Source of the DNA: Cyanophora paradoxa CCMP329 | Lineage: Eukaryota; Plantae; Glaucophyta | Assembly: GCA_004431415.1 (NCBI GenBank) | Contig: QPMI01000089.1 | Coordinates: 62,001 to 126,000 of the forward strand | Direction: 5' to 3' | DNA: 64,000 nt | Part shown: positions 61,343-64,000 of the stretch, piece by piece | How positions within the stretch are numbered: position 1 is the stretch's first letter | Layout of the letters: each line of letters starts with the position of its first letter | Notes under the pieces: generated by a model | Seen by the model: the letters and a program-made list of their open reading frames with translations, nothing else | Told to the model about the DNA's origin: nothing | Database searches by the model: none | Position numbers and translations under genes: made by a program

Positions 61343-62365
61343 TTATGTAACAGAAATTAATTCGCCCGACCAGAAACAATGGGCATTTGTTGTATAAGCA
61401 TGTAGTGCTCCTGAGACCAATCTTATCTTTATGGAATCCCCCGCTACCAGATTAATCATGCATTGCATTGAAATAGGTCTGAAAGAACTTGATGTTGAAG
61501 TCCCCCCAGAATACCCAAGCATTTCAACCCCTGCATATGTCCCGCTACCATTGATAAACCACTGAACAGCGGTGTCTGCTGTATTTCCAGTTGTTCCATT
61601 AAATATAAATCTATAAACACCACTCACAGGTGCTGTAAAGACACCACTCGAAAATGAAGTCGATGTAGCCCATGAATACCCCCATGCAGTGACATCCCCT
61701 GCTGTTGTAAGGGAAGCATTCAAACCATAACAAAACCGTGGATGGTTTGGAGTTGAAAGATATGAATTTGTCCCATTAATAGTGAACCCATTCCAGTTAT
61801 AAGTGGTGCTATTGCTTGGTCTTGTGTAACTTGAAGCAAAGGTAGAAGCAATATTTGCACCGCCTCTCTTAATTACAAAATTATCACTTGCACCCACAGT
61901 ATCAATTGAATTCGTTTTGATTCCACCACTTGCTGTTAGGAGCCCAGTAAATCCACCAGTGGTTGCATTCACAGCCCCATAAGAAGTTGCTGTCACTGTC
62001 CCATTCACACTCAGTCCAGTCCCAATCCATGCCCCTCCACTGTAAACTTGAAAAGCCGCCGAATTCCTATCAGCCGGATTAAAAGCCGTTTTGGAATCCT
62101 GTTGACCTTCATATAGATATTCTTTGGTGACCAGCCCCGAAGATATTGCGGGTCGATTAGATACGATCATTTGAGTAGCTTTAACGAGTCCATCAATCTT
62201 GTCAGCTCTGAGTTCTTTGACTCTGAGTATGCTTTGGTCATTAAAAGAATCGGTTTTCGCTGTCTCAGTCGAAGGATGGCTCGGAGATAAATCATAGACT
62301 GTGTGTTGGACATTATGGACAGCACTTGCACTCAAAGAAAACACAGGCGTGAATACAGTTGACAT
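61343..62365 (-). CDS. Viral fibre protein with C-terminal C1q/TNF-like domain
   Basis: G/T/S/N-rich shaft; C1q signature GVFTAPVSGVYRF, LVAGDSIKI, FWSGELI. Confidence 0.85.
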   Translation of the reverse strand: MSTVFTPVFSLSASAVHNVQHTVYDLSPSHPSTETAKTDSFNDQSILRVKELRADKIDGLVKATQMIVSNRPAISSGLVTKEYLYEGQQDSKTAFNPADRNSAAFQVYSGGAWIGTGLSVNGTVTATSYGAVNATTGGFTGLLTASGGIKTNSIDTVGASDNFVIKRGGANIASTFASSYTRPSNSTTYNWNGFTINGTNSYLSTPNHPRFCYGLNASLTTAGDVTAWGYSWATSTSFSSGVFTAPVSGVYRFIFNGTTGNTADTAVQWFINGSGTYAGVEMLGYSGGTSTSSSFRPISMQCMINLVAGDSIKIRLVSGALHAYTTNAHCFWSGELISVT

Positions 62366-62386
62366 CTTTTGATTGTTCTTTACTTA

Positions 62387-63849
62387 TTAAGCGAGAATAT
62401 TATTGTTTTGGAGAGGTCCGACAGCAATCCAATGGAGTTTAAGGGTGCGATTGCTTTGGATCACACTGTTATAATTGATGTCCGAGTAACAAGTGAATAT
62501 CGCAATCCAAGTGAATTTATTTTTGAACCCAATGCGATTTCCGAACTGATATTCAGCAGAGAGATATATGCTATTGGTGAAATCGACACTTGTTAAAATA
62601 ATACTGTTTTCGAGAGTAGCAGTAATTACAGGATCACTAAAAAATGGGTTGAGAATGTAACGGTTCCCGATACTGTGGTAAAATCCCCTTTGTAATAGAC
62701 TCCGGCAGGAATTACTACATCCATTGTCCCTTGTTGCACATATGCATTTGGATTCACATAACTACCGAAATTCGTGAGCAACTCGATGCTGTGATTGTGA
62801 GTAGGTGGCGAAGTGGGTGTGTTAATTAAATCGTCATAGTTCCCGCTTGTAGCCACAGCATGCAAGTTTGGTGTATTAACTAAATCTGTATAGCTCCCAC
62901 TTGTAGCCACAGCATGCAAGGTCGGTGCAATAGGGGTGTTAGTTAAATCGTTGTAATCACCACTTGTGGCAACAGCATGCAAATTCGGCTTAGTAAATAA
63001 CCTATCCCATGTCCCATTGAAAGGGAGTGTAGATTCTGATATAATTACACCTTGATCAATCCAACGAGGTATATAGCTTGTGAAATCGGGAGGATTTACA
63101 AGATCATAGTAATTTCCTGTGTATGCTACACTACTCCAAGTCGGCTTCTGAATGATATCACTCCACTTCCCACTAAATCCCGCCGGCACATCTGTAAGCT
63201 CTTTATAGCTCACCTTTTGCTTCGGTATAGACAGCTCAATGGGTGAGAATGCACCCGAAAGGCGATTTTCAGAGGTGAAATACATAAGACTTTGACTGTT
63301 AGGGAACTCATCCACGAGATTAAAGGTGAAATTCGTGGGCAATTCGAGTCGACTAATTGGGGTGTTGTCGCCCAATATAAATTCGGCACCTGTATGCACG
63401 ACCGGGTTTCTTTGGATATACATATTTGATGCACCTATTACAGGTGCTACTATGGGCACATCCGAATTAACGAGATTGCAAGTGATGGAGAAAATGGTTT
63501 TGGGGGCAAACAGATTGCAATCAAAGGTAATCGTGGCGGGATCAATAGTAGGATCGACATTTGAACAGATCTGAAACATCCACCCACCCACACAGTTGCA
63601 ATTTAAATTGCGAAAGGCTGTGCCTGCCATTGCATCCACATAGCCGATCCCATTTGCAATGTCATAGATGTGACCAAACTCGTAACCGAAAAGGTCATTC
63701 CATAGGTTAGAAGCCATAGCTCCCATCACATAGCCTTTCATATTAACGATCAGATCATTGGATTCACTGGGTAGATCTTTATGGGTGATGTAGAATTGAT
63801 TTTCCAATACAGCATTCTTTACTGTCGTTTCTACTATGGGTTCCGTCAT
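62387..63849 (-). CDS. Viral structural protein: possible penton-like N-domain, fibre repeats, and a lectin/gp53-like tip reached through a -1 frameshift at ~62640
   Basis: Start MTEPIV at 63849. Repeats (N/T)LHAVATSG.Y.DL.N.P x3 plus degenerate copies. The zero frame stops at 62626; the -1 frame continues FFSDPVITATL...LHWIAVGP to a stop at 62387. Confidence 0.75.
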
Positions 63850-63877
63850 TATTTCTCTATTAAGGCATTCTACAAAA

Positions 63878-64000
63878 TTAAGGTCGCATCGGGAGAAGCT
63901 CGTATGTTCTGCCCTCTCGCTGTGCCATTTCCGCCATAAAGTCTGCATTATCTTTTATTATTGATTCAGCCCTTCGTTCTGCTCGCGATTTTTTGGGTGC
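63878..64000 (-). CDS. 3' end of an upstream viral ORF (partial)
   Basis: Open frame APKKSRAERRAESIIKDNADFMAEMAQREGRTYELLPMRP* ends 29 nt before the next ATG. Confidence 0.5.
   Translation of the reverse strand, partial: APKKSRAERRAESIIKDNADFMAEMAQREGRTYELLPMRP

Larger units (their letters stand above)
59873..64000. mobile_element. Left end of an endogenous DNA virus (Polinton-like virus/virophage candidate), extends beyond the window
   Basis: Abrupt GC drop in the middle of a host exon. ~1.15 kb of non-coding terminal DNA with hairpin repeats, then compact, intronless, co-oriented fibre-type genes. No capsid, polymerase or integrase gene is visible inside the window. Confidence 0.75.

Noticed and set aside
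62369-62596. Plus-strand 75-aa ORF in the virus
   Set aside because: It is the antisense shadow of the -1-frame fibre tip.
63850-63948. N-terminal 33 aa of the 440-aa ORF call
   Set aside because: It overlaps the end of the upstream ORF; ATG 63849 is the more plausible start.
1-64000. rRNA/tRNA genes or prokaryotic operons
   Set aside because: None recognised by eye; host genes are spliceosomal-intron rich. tRNAscan/Infernal were not run.

Overview
GC-rich, intron-dense eukaryotic DNA, most likely from an alga or protist; the species cannot be fixed from sequence alone. Host genes: a GBP/atlastin-type GTPase ending in a PBCV-type basic adaptor motif, a frameshifted EXD1-like exonuclease, a heme oxygenase with a duplicated CP-motif/TM tail, a C2-C2-TBC-TLDc protein, a signal-peptide-bearing LSMT-type SET protein, an EF-hand/Pro-rich protein, and a sacsin-like gene. 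Main discovery: a full-length ~19.6-kb non-LTR retrotransposon (30963-50590) with a 19-bp TSD and a short poly(A). It encodes APE, RT, RNase H and a CCHC finger. Its RNase H is split by a ~3.6-kb coding insertion holding an unknown domain and two tandem Ulp1/C48-like protease domains, one apparently dead and one apparently active. It also has a C-terminal PIP-box-like motif and an ~8-kb 5' region with hydrophobic segments and a 126-bp tandem array. A 5'-truncated relative with its own TSD lies at 53407-54875. The window starts with head-to-tail non-autonomous Helitrons. It ends in an AT-rich, intronless endogenous DNA virus (Polinton-like virus or virophage candidate) inserted into the sacsin gene and carrying phage-type fibre genes. 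Exon boundaries were read by eye and are approximate. Many frameshifts fall in homopolymer runs and may be sequencing errors.
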